A stretch of 64,000 bases of DNA from contig CAWJCS010000006.1 in NCBI GenBank assembly GCA_963841435.1, positions 352,001 to 416,000 on the forward strand. Reading direction: 5' to 3'. A model generated the notes under the pieces. The model saw only the letters and a program-made list of their open reading frames with translations, had not been told where the DNA came from and searched no databases. Both the position numbers and the translations under genes were made by a program. This DNA is from an uncultured delta proteobacterium. Lineage in GTDB: Bacteria > Myxococcota_A > Polyangia > Polyangiales > Polyangiaceae. Of this stretch, positions 9,716-21,914 are shown piece after piece; positions within the stretch are counted from its first letter, which is position 1; every line of letters begins with the position of its first letter.

Positions 9716-10639
9716 ATGTCGCAAGACCGACCTTTGGGATTTGGCGGCCAGCCGCCCGGAGGTTCGCCTCCTCACGGCCCTCCCGGTGGACCGGGATCGC
9801 CCCCGGGCCAGCCACCCGGTGGCTACGGCCCTCCTGGTGGCTACGGTCCGCCTGGCGGTTACGGCCCGCCCCCTGGTGGCGCTCCGCCTGGCGGCTATGG
9901 CCCGCCGCCCGGTGGCGGTCCGCCAGGCGGCTACGGTCCGCCGCCTGGTGGTGCTCCGCCCGGCGGCTACGGTCCCCCACCCGGAGGCGCTCCGCCCGGT
10001 GGTTACGGTCCCCCCGGTGGCGGTCCGCCAGGCGGCTACGGTCCGCCCCCTGGTGGTGCTCCGCCTGGCGGCTATGGTCCACCACCCGGAGGCTCGCCCC
10101 CTGGCGGCTACGGTCCCCCACCCGGAGGCGCTCCGCCCGGCTGGGGTCCCGGGCAAGGCGGATACCCCGGGGCACCGCCCCCGCCTGCGCCCGCGAAGGG
10201 CACGAGCCCCGTCGTGTTCCTCGCCGTGGGGTGCGGCGTTCTCTTGATCCTCGGCGCGGCGAGCGCCGGATGGTTCTTCTACTCGGCGAGCCGGGCCGTG
10301 AGCAGCATCGCGGCCATGGTCGATGGCGGTGTGCCGCTCACGATTCCGTCCGTGGCGATGCCTACCGCCGAGCAAGCGCCCGATCCCGGTGCCGAGAACA
10401 CCGAGGACACCGCCGACGCCGGCGTGCTTTCTCCGACGCCGCCGACCGGCTTCGCTCCCGGCCCTTCGTGCCCGCAGGCCGCCGCCTGTTGCAAGGCGCT
10501 CGTCACGAAGGCCGGGGCGAACCCCGCGGCCGTCGCCGCCTGCGACAACCTCTTGAAGGCTCCGGGAATCGGTTGCGCGCAAGCGCTCGAGACCTACAAG
10601 CGCACGGCACCCGTGATGGGCGCCAAGTGTCCCCCCTGA
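9716..10639 (+). CDS. Pro/Gly/Tyr repeat membrane protein with Cys-rich C-terminus
   Basis: ATG 9716 after GGGAG; tandem GGYGPPPGGAPP; TM segment; C-terminal Cys cluster (CPQAAACC...C...C...C). Confidence 0.8.
   Translation: MSQDRPLGFGGQPPGGSPPHGPPGGPGSPPGQPPGGYGPPGGYGPPGGYGPPPGGAPPGGYGPPPGGGPPGGYGPPPGGAPPGGYGPPPGGAPPGGYGPPGGGPPGGYGPPPGGAPPGGYGPPPGGSPPGGYGPPPGGAPPGWGPGQGGYPGAPPPPAPAKGTSPVVFLAVGCGVLLILGAASAGWFFYSASRAVSSIAAMVDGGVPLTIPSVAMPTAEQAPDPGAENTEDTADAGVLSPTPPTGFAPGPSCPQAAACCKALVTKAGANPAAVAACDNLLKAPGIGCAQALETYKRTAPVMGAKCPP
9818..10150 (+). repeat. Imperfect coding tandem repeat, mainly 36-bp unit (GGYGPPPGGAPP)
   Basis: Recurrent ggcggctacggtccgccccctggtggtgctccgcct variants with synonymous changes. 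Confidence 0.9.
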
Positions 10640-10861
10640 TTCGCCGAGCCGCGCTGGATCGCTCGGCTCAGGCGAGGATACCGTCGAGCGGACCCGACCC
10701 GGGCTCCCGCCTCGCCTGAGCGGCGGCGTCCGCGGACGTCCGCGGGGCAGGTCGTGGACACCGAGCAGGCTGCTCGCGCCGGCTTTCGGAGCTCCGTCGC
10801 GGGGTCGCGAGCGCCGCACAGCGGGGGCCGCTTTGGCCGGGTTCTTGCAAACTTGCGCCTC

Positions 10862-11542
10862 ATGCCCCTCCTCGAGCCGCCGACCACCCAGCCGACGACG
10901 CTCATGGCGCTCCCCGTCGGGGAGCGCCCGACTCGGCTCCCACGCCTGCGCTCGATGGTCGAGCGCCACGCAGCGTTCGTTTCGCGAAGCCTGCGGCGCT
11001 TCGGCGTCCGCCTTTCGGACATCGACGACGCCACGCAGGACGTGTTCGTCGTGGTCGCGCGGCGCATCGACGACGTTGCCGCCGACGGCGAGCGGGCGTT
11101 TCTGTTCGGGACCGCGCGCCGTGTCGCGTCCGACCACCGCCGCAGCGTGCGGCGCCATCCCGAGCAAGCGTCCGACGGCATCGACGACCACGCGACCGAG
11201 GCCCCCGATCCCGAGCGGCTCGTCGAGCTGAAGCTGGCGCGCGCGCTGCTCGACGAGGCGCTCGGCGCCATGAGCGGCAGCATTCGTTCGGTCTTCGTGC
11301 TCTCGGAGCTCAGCGAGCTCTCGGGGCGCGAGATCGCCTCACGCCTCTCAATCCCCGAGGGCACCGTTCGCTCACGTCTGCGGGCAGGGCGCGACCTCGT
11401 GAGGGCCGCCGCGCGCCGCCTCGAGGACGCCGACCGGGCCCGGCCGGCCCGCGATGCCATGCTCCTTTCGTGCTCCGGCGCGCGACCGAGGCAAACGCCG
11501 AGAATGCCGGTGCCCGCGCCCACCGTGGGCTCGCGCGCTTGA
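10862..11542 (+). CDS. ECF RNA polymerase sigma factor
   Basis: DIDDATQDVFVVV...RAFLFGTARRVASDHRR; EIASRLSIPEGTVRSRLRAGR. Start could be 10754. Confidence 0.88.
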   Translation: MPLLEPPTTQPTTLMALPVGERPTRLPRLRSMVERHAAFVSRSLRRFGVRLSDIDDATQDVFVVVARRIDDVAADGERAFLFGTARRVASDHRRSVRRHPEQASDGIDDHATEAPDPERLVELKLARALLDEALGAMSGSIRSVFVLSELSELSGREIASRLSIPEGTVRSRLRAGRDLVRAAARRLEDADRARPARDAMLLSCSGARPRQTPRMPVPAPTVGSRA

Positions 11543-11581
11543 CGCTCGGGCGTCGCCCAGAGACGTTTCGGGCTCGCCCCC

Positions 11582-14238
<2,657 letters not shown>

Positions 14239-14242
<4 letters not shown>

Positions 14243-14757
14243 GGCCGAGCCGCTCCCTCGTCGCGCTTCTCGTGGCGGTCGTGTCCGCCGCGCTGATCGG
14301 CTACGCGCTGTTCGGAGGCTCCGACGAGGATCGCATCCTTGCCCGGCTCAAGGAGCTCGCGCACGCGGTGGAAACGGTCGAGGACGAGAGCATCCTGTTT
14401 CGGCGCGCGCGCGTGAATCGCGCGTTCAAGGACGGCCTCGAGCCGAACGCGTCGCTCACGGCGCCCGAGCTGCCGTCCACGACCGGCATCAAGGAGCTCG
14501 TGGAGCTCGCGACCGTCGCGGCAGGCGCCTTCGGCCAGATGACGCTCAGCGTGGGCGAGACGGACATCCACATCGACCGCGCGGCGCACGAGGCGCATGC
14601 CGTCTCGCTCGTGACGCTCACCGCCGCCCGTGGTGGCGAGCTCAGGCGCGAGAAACGGCACGTCCGTTTCGTTTTGCACCAGAGCGGCGGCGACTGGCGC
14701 GTCGCCGTCATCGACGTGGAGCCGCTGAGCGAGGACCAGCCCGAAGCGCGACCCTGA
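14239..14757 (+). CDS. Membrane-anchored hypothetical protein (possible NTF2-like fold)
   Basis: ATGA overlap with the glucosidase; N-terminal TM; C-terminal [12 protein letters not shown] typical of NTF2-like folds. Confidence 0.7.
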
Positions 14758-14772
14758 GGCGCGACGGGTGGG

Positions 14773-15744
14773 TCACGGCGGTGCAGGCCACGCGAGCTCG
14801 GCCGCGAGGGCGACGAACGCGAGCCAGGTGCCGAGCGCTAGCGCGAGGTGCACGACCTGCATCGGCCCCGGCGCGCCGAGGAGCACGTTGAGCGTGCCCG
14901 CTGCGAGCTGGAGCGAAACGACGAGGGTGAGGGTCCGGCTGGCGCGGTGCGCGCGGGGGCCGCGCTCGGCGGCGAGGTTTGCGCCGAGCCACGCCACGAA
15001 CGCGCCACCCAGCACGGCGAGAACGGGGTGCACGACGCGGAGCCGCTGGAGGAACGTCGCCGTGGCGCCCTGGTCCTCGGCAAGGCGCCCGGCGAGCGTG
15101 GCGGCGCTCGGCGGGTAGAGGGTATCCCCGAGGGCCGTGACGGCGCCCGTCGCCGAGACGACGACGATGACCGCCGCACCGAGCGAAAGCCAGCCGAGGA
15201 CCCACCGGGGTGGGGTGCTGGCCTCGAACGGGACCCGCGGGTCGAAGGGACGCGCCGAGAGCGCAAGCGTCGCCGTCAGCGCGTAGGTGCTGACGAGGTG
15301 CACCGGCATCACGACGACGCGCCCGACCGACGCATTTTTTTCCACCAGCGCAAACAGCACCAGGACGGCCCCGATCAGCGCCTCGACCACCATGAGGGTG
15401 AGAGCCACATATGCAAGCTTTCGAGCGCGATGTTCCCGCGGATGTTCGCGAACGGCCACGACGACGAGCCCCACGACGGCAAGAAGCGCAAGGCCGGACG
15501 TGACGCGGTGCGTGAGCTCGATCAAGGTCTCGAGTCGCCGGGGCAGGTGGGCCACCTCGCCGTTGCACGTGGGCCAGTGCTGCCCGCAACCTGCGCCGGA
15601 TCCCGTGATTCTCACCACCGCTCCGAACAGGATCACGAAAATCGTGAGCACCAGCGCCGGCTTGGCGACGCGCACGAACGGGTCGCCGCGCGCGCCGGCC
15701 GCCACCGACGATGAGTCCGAAAGTGGTCGATTTTTGCTCGACAA
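14773..15744 (-). CDS. ctaA: Heme A synthase (COX15/CtaA)
   Basis: [25 protein letters not shown], conserved His residues in multiple TM helices. Start uncertain. Confidence 0.88.
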   Translation of the reverse strand: MSSKNRPLSDSSSVAAGARGDPFVRVAKPALVLTIFVILFGAVVRITGSGAGCGQHWPTCNGEVAHLPRRLETLIELTHRVTSGLALLAVVGLVVVAVREHPREHRARKLAYVALTLMVVEALIGAVLVLFALVEKNASVGRVVVMPVHLVSTYALTATLALSARPFDPRVPFEASTPPRWVLGWLSLGAAVIVVVSATGAVTALGDTLYPPSAATLAGRLAEDQGATATFLQRLRVVHPVLAVLGGAFVAWLGANLAAERGPRAHRASRTLTLVVSLQLAAGTLNVLLGAPGPMQVVHLALALGTWLAFVALAAELAWPAPP

Positions 15745-15776
15745 GCCGCCGGAACATAGCCAAATTCCTTGCGCCC

Positions 15777-17093
15777 ATGTCCAAGCCGTTTTTCGAAGGT
15801 GTGAGTCCCATCCGCTACGAGGGTCCTGACAGCACGAACCCTCTCGCTTTCCGCTTCTACGACAAGGATCGCGTCGTGCTGGGAAAGCGCCTGGAAGAGC
15901 ACCTGCGCGTGGCGGTTTGCTACTGGCACAGCTTCGCCTGGGTGGGTCACGACATCTTCGGGATGGGAACCTTCGACCGGCCCTGGTTCAAGGGCTCCGA
16001 TCCCGTCGAGGCAGCCGAGCTCAAGCTCAAGGTTGCCTTCGAGTTCTTCGAGAAGCTCGGCGCCCCCTACTTCACGTTCCACGATCGTGACATGTCGCCC
16101 GAGGGTGCGACGCTCAAGGAGAGCCACGCCATCCTCGACCGCCTCACCGACAAGGCGAAGGCGGAGATGGAACGGACCAAGGTGGGCCTGCTCTGGGGCA
16201 CGGCGAACCTCTTCAGCCACCCGCGCTACATGAGCGGCGCGGCCACCAACCCCGATCCCGAGGTTTTCGCCTACGCGGCTGCGCAGGTGAGGAAGATCCT
16301 CGATAAGACGCACGCGCTCGGCGGACAGAATTACGTGCTCTGGGGCGGCCGCGAGGGCTACGAGACGCTGCTCAACACCGACATGAAGCGCGAGGCCGAT
16401 CAGCTTGCGCGGTTTCTCACGCTCGTGGCCGAGCACAAGCACAAGATCGGCTTCAAGGGGCTCCTGCTCATCGAGCCCAAGCCCAAAGAGCCCACGAAGC
16501 ACCAGTACGACTACGACACGGCCACGGTGCACGCCTTCTTGCAGCGCTATCACCTCGAGGACGAGTACCGCGTCAACATCGAGGCGAACCACGCCATCCT
16601 CAGCGGGCACACCTTCCAGCACGAGGTCGCCTACGCCATCAACAACGGCATCTTCGGCAGCATCGACATGAACCGCGGCGACTACCTGCTTGGTTGGGAC
16701 ACCGATCAGTTCCCGACGGACATCACCGAGATCGCCCTCGTGATCTACACGATCCTGAAGGGCGGTGGCTTCACGAGCGGCGGCATGAACTTCGACGCCA
16801 AGCTCCGCCGTCAGAGCATCGACCCGGCGGATCTGTTCCACGCCCACATCGGCGGGATGGACACGTTGGCGCGCGGCCTCATGATTGCCGAGCGCATGAT
16901 GGGCGACGGCAAGCTCGAGAAGGTGATCGCGGATCGTTACGCGGGTTGGCGCGGCGCGCTCGGGGAGAACATCCTCGGCGGTAAGCTCAGCCTCGAGGAT
17001 CTGTCTCGTCACGCCCTCGACAAGGGCCTCGACCCGCGCCCGCGTTCGGGTCAGCAGGAGCTCCTCGAAGGGCTCGTCGCGCGCTACCTCTAG
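15777..17093 (+). CDS. xylA: Xylose isomerase (class II)
   Basis: [43 protein letters not shown]. Confidence 0.97.
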   Translation: MSKPFFEGVSPIRYEGPDSTNPLAFRFYDKDRVVLGKRLEEHLRVAVCYWHSFAWVGHDIFGMGTFDRPWFKGSDPVEAAELKLKVAFEFFEKLGAPYFTFHDRDMSPEGATLKESHAILDRLTDKAKAEMERTKVGLLWGTANLFSHPRYMSGAATNPDPEVFAYAAAQVRKILDKTHALGGQNYVLWGGREGYETLLNTDMKREADQLARFLTLVAEHKHKIGFKGLLLIEPKPKEPTKHQYDYDTATVHAFLQRYHLEDEYRVNIEANHAILSGHTFQHEVAYAINNGIFGSIDMNRGDYLLGWDTDQFPTDITEIALVIYTILKGGGFTSGGMNFDAKLRRQSIDPADLFHAHIGGMDTLARGLMIAERMMGDGKLEKVIADRYAGWRGALGENILGGKLSLEDLSRHALDKGLDPRPRSGQQELLEGLVARYL

Positions 17094-17128
17094 CGGGGTA
17101 ACACCCCGCACGACGAGACGCGCGAGTC

Positions 17129-17752
17129 TTGGAAGAACAGATCACGATCGGTGCGAGCGGGAGCCCTCTCGCGCGGCGTGGCCGAAAGCGACGGGCGGCA
17201 CCGCGCTCCTGTGTGCGGTCCGCGTTCGCGGCGGCGCTTTCGCTCGGTGCCGCGCTGACGACCGCGGGGGGCTGCGACAGCCGCAGCTCCTCGCGCTACG
17301 ACGAGGTCGGACAGTGGCGTTGCTTCGAGAGCTCGTCAACGTGCCTGTGTCGGGGCACGGACGAGGGTGTCACCGTCGAGGATCCGCGGCCGGAGGTGCC
17401 GGCCTGCCGCGTCGAGCTCGACTGCTGTTACGTCAAGACGCGGAGTGACGGCAGCTTCGATTGCTCCTGTGTGGCGCGCGCCGCGCTCGTGCCGGGACCG
17501 GGCGAAGCGGGCGCCGGCGGCGAGGGCGGCCAAAGCGGCGATCTTCTCTGCTACGGGGAGGCGCTCGATCACGGCTCGACCGAGGTCGTGCCGCACTGTC
17601 CGCCGCTTTCGCTCGACGATTCGTCGCTCTGCGCGCTGTCCTACGAAAGCTGCGACCCCGACTACCTCCGGCAACACGGCCTCATCGCCTGCTGCAACGG
17701 CTCCGTGTGTGGCAAGGATAGCCACGGGCAGCCGGTGTGCCTGCCGGGCTGA
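17129..17752 (+). CDS. Cys-rich hypothetical lipoprotein
   Basis: Hydrophobic stretch ending AGGC; many Cys; GAGGEGG linker. Start uncertain. Confidence 0.65.
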   Translation: MEEQITIGASGSPLARRGRKRRAAPRSCVRSAFAAALSLGAALTTAGGCDSRSSSRYDEVGQWRCFESSSTCLCRGTDEGVTVEDPRPEVPACRVELDCCYVKTRSDGSFDCSCVARAALVPGPGEAGAGGEGGQSGDLLCYGEALDHGSTEVVPHCPPLSLDDSSLCALSYESCDPDYLRQHGLIACCNGSVCGKDSHGQPVCLPG

Positions 17753-17769
17753 GCGCCGCGAGCTTTTTG

Positions 17770-18846
17770 ATGAAGACGAAACGGTCCAAGGCGAAGGAGA
17801 AGCGGCCGAGCCGCGAAACCAACCAGTCCGTGCTCCGGCAGGCACTGATTAAGCGTCTGCCGCGACGGCTCGGGGCGACCGGTCAAGTGCTGTTGCCCGT
17901 CGCGCCCTCGCTGCTCGAGCACTACGTCGAAGAGCTTCACCGGCTGTTCGCGCAGGTCGGCCGCGTCTTCACGCGCGAAGAAACCGATCAGCTTCGCGGA
18001 ATCCTCCAGAAGAAGCTCGAGGAGGGCTACGCGGCGTCACCCTACGCGCGCGTCGTCGTGAACTACGAGACGGACGCGCCGCCGAAGACCTCGCTCAGCT
18101 ATCGCATGACCCTCTCGGTATCGACGATCCCCGACGAATACGACGCGTGGCAAAAGACGCGCGAGCCGCCCTACTTCGGCGCGAATCCCGATGCGAAGGT
18201 GATGGACACGGCGCGCTCGCTCGGGGAGCCGAAAGGCGTCGCCGTGCTCGACATCGGTGCCGGAACTGGGCGAAATACGCTGCCGCTCGCGCGCGAAGGC
18301 TTCGCCGCGGACGCGATCGAGCTCACTCCGTCGCTCGCGTCGATTCTGCGAGCGGAGGTCGAAAAGGAAGGCTTGAACGTACGCGTCTTCGAGGGCGACG
18401 CGCTGGGCGGCGGAATGGAAATACCCGAGCGCCACTATCGGCTGGTGTTCCTCGCCGAGGTCATTGCCTCCCACATTCGCAACAACGAGCAGGTGCGAGC
18501 GCTGTTCGAAGGCGCTGCCGACGCTCTCGCGACGGGGGGCATCCTGCTCTTCAACGCGTTCTTGCCCGTCGATGGCTATCGGCCGGATGCGACCGCGCGC
18601 GAGCTCTCGCAGGTCTTCTGGTGCAACCTGTTTTCGCGCGGGGACATCACCCAGGCGATGTCGGGTCTGCCGTTCGAGCCAATCGCCGACGAATCGACGC
18701 ACGATTACGAAGAAGAGCGTCAGCCGGCCGAGGCGTGGCCGCCGACGGGCTGGTTCGTCGACTGGTCGCGCGGGCACGATCTTTTCGACCTGCCGCCGGG
18801 ACGGGCGCCCATGGAGCTTCGCTGGCTGACCTTCCGGCGCCTGTAA
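17770..18846 (+). CDS. Class I SAM-dependent methyltransferase
   Basis: Motif I VLDIGAGTGRN, ADAIE, GGILLFN. Confidence 0.9.
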   Translation: MKTKRSKAKEKRPSRETNQSVLRQALIKRLPRRLGATGQVLLPVAPSLLEHYVEELHRLFAQVGRVFTREETDQLRGILQKKLEEGYAASPYARVVVNYETDAPPKTSLSYRMTLSVSTIPDEYDAWQKTREPPYFGANPDAKVMDTARSLGEPKGVAVLDIGAGTGRNTLPLAREGFAADAIELTPSLASILRAEVEKEGLNVRVFEGDALGGGMEIPERHYRLVFLAEVIASHIRNNEQVRALFEGAADALATGGILLFNAFLPVDGYRPDATARELSQVFWCNLFSRGDITQAMSGLPFEPIADESTHDYEEERQPAEAWPPTGWFVDWSRGHDLFDLPPGRAPMELRWLTFRRL

Positions 18847-18850
18847 CCGC

Positions 18851-19062
18851 GAGGGTGAGCGGGCCCGGAAAAGTCCCCCCCCTCCCGCCTTCGTGCCCCG
18901 GCCGAGCTGAGCACCCTCTCCCAAACCAAGTGTCGCTCCCCTACAAAGCAAGACACGTGCCCACATGCCAGGCGTGAAATTCCCGCATTTCCAGGGGTGC
19001 GCTTGGCACAAGCTGAGCCATCCTGGGGCCTTGCCCTGACGGGCGTTGCAGGGGGCGCACAC
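18851..19062 (-). ncRNA. Candidate structured ncRNA (unknown family)
   Basis: Intergenic; about 43-bp rod-like imperfect hairpin (19062-18930) with four G-U pairs on the minus strand, plus a second hairpin (18918-18851). Confidence 0.35.
18947..18963 (-). promoter_or_regulatory. Sigma54 (-24/-12) promoter
   Basis: Minus strand reads TGGGCACGTGTCTTGCT = GG-N10-GC, matching TGGCACG-N4-TTGCW except at the first T. Confidence 0.55.
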
Positions 19063-19109
19063 GGCCGGCTTTCGCGAGCTGCGCCGAGCTGCTAACGGGC
19101 GGGGCCTCC

Positions 19110-19472
19110 GTGCCGCACCCGCTCGACCTCGTCGCCCTGCTCCTCGGCATCTTCTTCACGCTCCGGCAGATGGAGAGCTCCTCCCGGCGCTCGGATGCCT
19201 TCCCCGGCGTCTCCGAGCAGGCCTTCGAGCGCTGGCGGCTCGCCGCGAAGTCGGCCTACCGGCTCGGCGGCACCGCGTGCTTCGGCAAGGTGCTGGTCAA
19301 CATCGCGGTCGCGTTCGTCATGCAGCGCGTGCCGATGCCGGTCGCAGCGCGCTACGCGATCGGCGTGTCCCTCGATCTCGGCTGGGTGGCGCTGATCGTG
19401 CTCGCGTTCCTGCGTTCGCGGCGAGCGCACGCCATCGCGCGCGAGGCCGGCATCGAACGGCGCTCCGCCTGA
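19110..19472 (+). CDS. Small hypothetical membrane protein
   Basis: Three hydrophobic segments; GC3-rich codons; fills the gap. Confidence 0.7.
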   Translation: MPHPLDLVALLLGIFFTLRQMESSSRRSDAFPGVSEQAFERWRLAAKSAYRLGGTACFGKVLVNIAVAFVMQRVPMPVAARYAIGVSLDLGWVALIVLAFLRSRRAHAIAREAGIERRSA

Positions 19473-19489
19473 AACGGCGGGCCGCCCGC

Positions 19490-20797
19490 TCAGTTGCCCA
19501 CGGGCGGCGGCGGTGTCGCCTCGCTCGGCGCGGGGCGCTTGGCAAGGCACGTCTGGATGCCGGCGAGGATCTCGGGCGAGGCGCCGCGCGGCAGGCGAGG
19601 GGTGCCGAGCACGCGCATGAACAGACGATCGAGATCGACGCCCCACCACACGAACATGGCGCGCCCTTTGATGTTGGCGTCGGGCACGCCACCACCCTTG
19701 CCGCCGTACCACGCGCGCGAGTCGGCGCTGTTGTTGCGGTTGTCCCCGAGCACCCACGTCTCGTGGGGTTTGGCGTGATAGGGCCCCTGTCGCCCGTCCG
19801 AGCGGTTCGACTCGTAGATCGTGAGGTAGGCCTTGTCGCTCAAAAACTCCATGAACAGGTCGCCGTGCTTCTCGGGAGCGTCGCTGCCCTCGTGGTAGAC
19901 GTAGTCACCCACGCGGCAGCTCGGTACACGCCAGCCGTTGATGATCGGATGCCCGCCCTCGACGGTGAGCGTGTCGCCCGGGAGCGCGATCACGCGCTTG
20001 ATGAAATCCTGGCTCGGGGCGTCCGGATTGGAATCGGGGAAGATGAAGACCATCACGTCGGCGCGCTCGGGCGGCAGGCTGTCGAACAGGCGGTAGCTCG
20101 TGAACGGAACGAGTGGGCCGTAGGCGAGCTTGTTGACGAAAATGTGGTCCTGGATCTGCAGCGTGGGAAGCATCGAGCCGCTCGGGATCTTGAAAGCTTC
20201 GATCACGAACGCTCTGAGCAGCAAAGCCACGCCGATGGCGAGGGTGATCGACTCGACGTACTCGCGTAGCTCGCCCTTTTGCCAGCGGCCGAGGTACTTG
20301 TGCACGAGGCGCGCCGCCTGCGCGTGTGCGTCGTCGAAAACGGCCGCGTCGAACGGCGAGCGCGTCATGGCCCGGCGTAGCGCCTCGAGGCTCTTGCTGA
20401 GCTCGTCGCGCGCCCCCTTCGCGACGTTGCGTTCGAACGCCTGGCGATGGCGCCGCACGATGCGATCGGCCTCGTCGAGCAGGTGGCCGGCGCGCTCGAG
20501 GTCCCGGCGCGACTCCCGCGGCACGTCGCGCCGCGAGTCGGCGCCGGCGAACGGCAGCGCGTACCGGTAGTGGTAGATGATCATCTCGAACAGCGTGAAA
20601 AAGCCGATCGTCGCTGGAATCGGCTGATCGTTGATGGCCCAGAGCAACCGATCGACGAGCGTCACCGGCTCGAAGGCGTCGCCGGGGCTGAGCAGCGTCA
20701 CGGTCACGTGCGCGAGAAAGAGCGGCACGAGCACGAACCAGATCGGCCAGACGACGAAGCGATACAGGCGGTGGTTGACGGCGGCTTCGTTCATCAC
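19490..20797 (-). CDS. lepB: Signal peptidase I with N-terminal extension
   Basis: FKIPSGSMLPTL (Ser), DFIKRVIALPGD (Lys), LGDNRNNSADSR. Confidence 0.95.
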   Translation of the reverse strand: MMNEAAVNHRLYRFVVWPIWFVLVPLFLAHVTVTLLSPGDAFEPVTLVDRLLWAINDQPIPATIGFFTLFEMIIYHYRYALPFAGADSRRDVPRESRRDLERAGHLLDEADRIVRRHRQAFERNVAKGARDELSKSLEALRRAMTRSPFDAAVFDDAHAQAARLVHKYLGRWQKGELREYVESITLAIGVALLLRAFVIEAFKIPSGSMLPTLQIQDHIFVNKLAYGPLVPFTSYRLFDSLPPERADVMVFIFPDSNPDAPSQDFIKRVIALPGDTLTVEGGHPIINGWRVPSCRVGDYVYHEGSDAPEKHGDLFMEFLSDKAYLTIYESNRSDGRQGPYHAKPHETWVLGDNRNNSADSRAWYGGKGGGVPDANIKGRAMFVWWGVDLDRLFMRVLGTPRLPRGASPEILAGIQTCLAKRPAPSEATPPPPVGN

Positions 20798-21861
20798 GGC
20801 GCGTCTCCAACCATCAACAGATAGTCGATCTTCCCGGGGCGATCAGCGGTCACGTCTGGGGCGGGACCATGCCCCGCTTGGTCGCTGTGATCCAGCACGA
20901 GAAAGTAGCGGCCGGGCCCGACGGCCACGAAACGCTTGAAAGGTTGGCCCTGCCCCAGCGTTTCGTCGAGCAACGCCGGGCCGGGGACCGGTCTCGCGCC
21001 GGGCGTTCGGATGTACGCGTCGATGACGGACGCCCCACTCGCCTCGGGCACGACCAGAACGTCCACGGACGGCGTTCCGTCGAGGCTGAGGTTCAAGTAG
21101 ACGGCCTGGCCCCCACCCTCTATTTCGAACGCCCCGACGAAGTCCTGCTGCCCCGTGTGGACCTCGGTCCGATCGTTCGCGAGGATGCGCTTGTCCTCCG
21201 TCTTGACCTCGTACGGGTGGAAGGGGCGCTCGCCGAGCGGGATCATTCCCATGCCGAACTCGATCTCACCGCGGTCGTTGTGGCGGATCACGGTGAAGCC
21301 GCGCCGGAGCTGCCCGTCGACGATGCGCTTGCCCATCGATTCCGGGCTCAGCCCGAGCGCCCCGAGCGCGCCCTTTACAACCTGCGACTCGACCATCAGC
21401 ATCTGGAACTGGCTCGTGTCGACGAGGCGCGGCCTGAAGTAGACGTAGAGCGCTCCCTCGTGCATCTGGAAGTCCGGCGAGTACTCGACGAGACCCGTGG
21501 TCGTGAAACCCACGCGCCCCACGGGGCCGCCCCACGCGTAACCCTTACCCCGATACTGGACGACGAAGGATTTTCGCGTCGCTTCGTCGAGGACCTGCGT
21601 CTGGCAAGCCTCGGCGAAGAAGCGGCCCGCGACGGGCTGATCGTCCGCGAGCTTCAGCGGCGTTCCGCTCTTGGTCATCTCGTCGCAAAATGCGCCGAGG
21701 CCGAACTTCAGCATGTCGAAGCGGAGGGATTTATTGGCCGGGTCGTTGACGACCCCGGCGCCGACGATGGCCATCGAGCTCGTGCCCACGCCCTCACGAG
21801 AGGCGCAGCCGGAGAGCGTGAGGATGACGAGGGCCCAAGAGAGGCGAAGAACGTGGGTCAC
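20794..21861 (-). CDS. Hypothetical lipoprotein
   Basis: Lipobox LSGC; beta-rich 355-aa ORF overlapping the lepB start. Confidence 0.8.
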   Translation of the reverse strand: MTHVLRLSWALVILTLSGCASREGVGTSSMAIVGAGVVNDPANKSLRFDMLKFGLGAFCDEMTKSGTPLKLADDQPVAGRFFAEACQTQVLDEATRKSFVVQYRGKGYAWGGPVGRVGFTTTGLVEYSPDFQMHEGALYVYFRPRLVDTSQFQMLMVESQVVKGALGALGLSPESMGKRIVDGQLRRGFTVIRHNDRGEIEFGMGMIPLGERPFHPYEVKTEDKRILANDRTEVHTGQQDFVGAFEIEGGGQAVYLNLSLDGTPSVDVLVVPEASGASVIDAYIRTPGARPVPGPALLDETLGQGQPFKRFVAVGPGRYFLVLDHSDQAGHGPAPDVTADRPGKIDYLLMVGDAP

Positions 21862-21914
21862 GACAGGCGCGCGAGCCTAGCACTCTGGTAGCATCGACGG
21901 GTAGGAACGGTCCC

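Noticed and set aside
9818..10150. 36-bp periodic repeats (also 23080-23187 and 30875-30973) as CRISPR arrays
   Set aside because: No unique spacers, in-frame coding repeats, and no cas genes.
8407..10719. Long alternative or antisense ORFs (e.g. 8407..10719, 44935..47043, 59146..61662, 11624..13474)
   Set aside because: Arg/Ala-rich shadow ORFs typical of high-GC DNA, overlapping well-supported genes.
18975..19025. tRNA-like string on the minus strand (TGGCTCAGCTTG...AAGCGCACCCCTGGAAA)
   Set aside because: Anticodon stem does not pair, and there is no TTCRA T-loop or acceptor stem.
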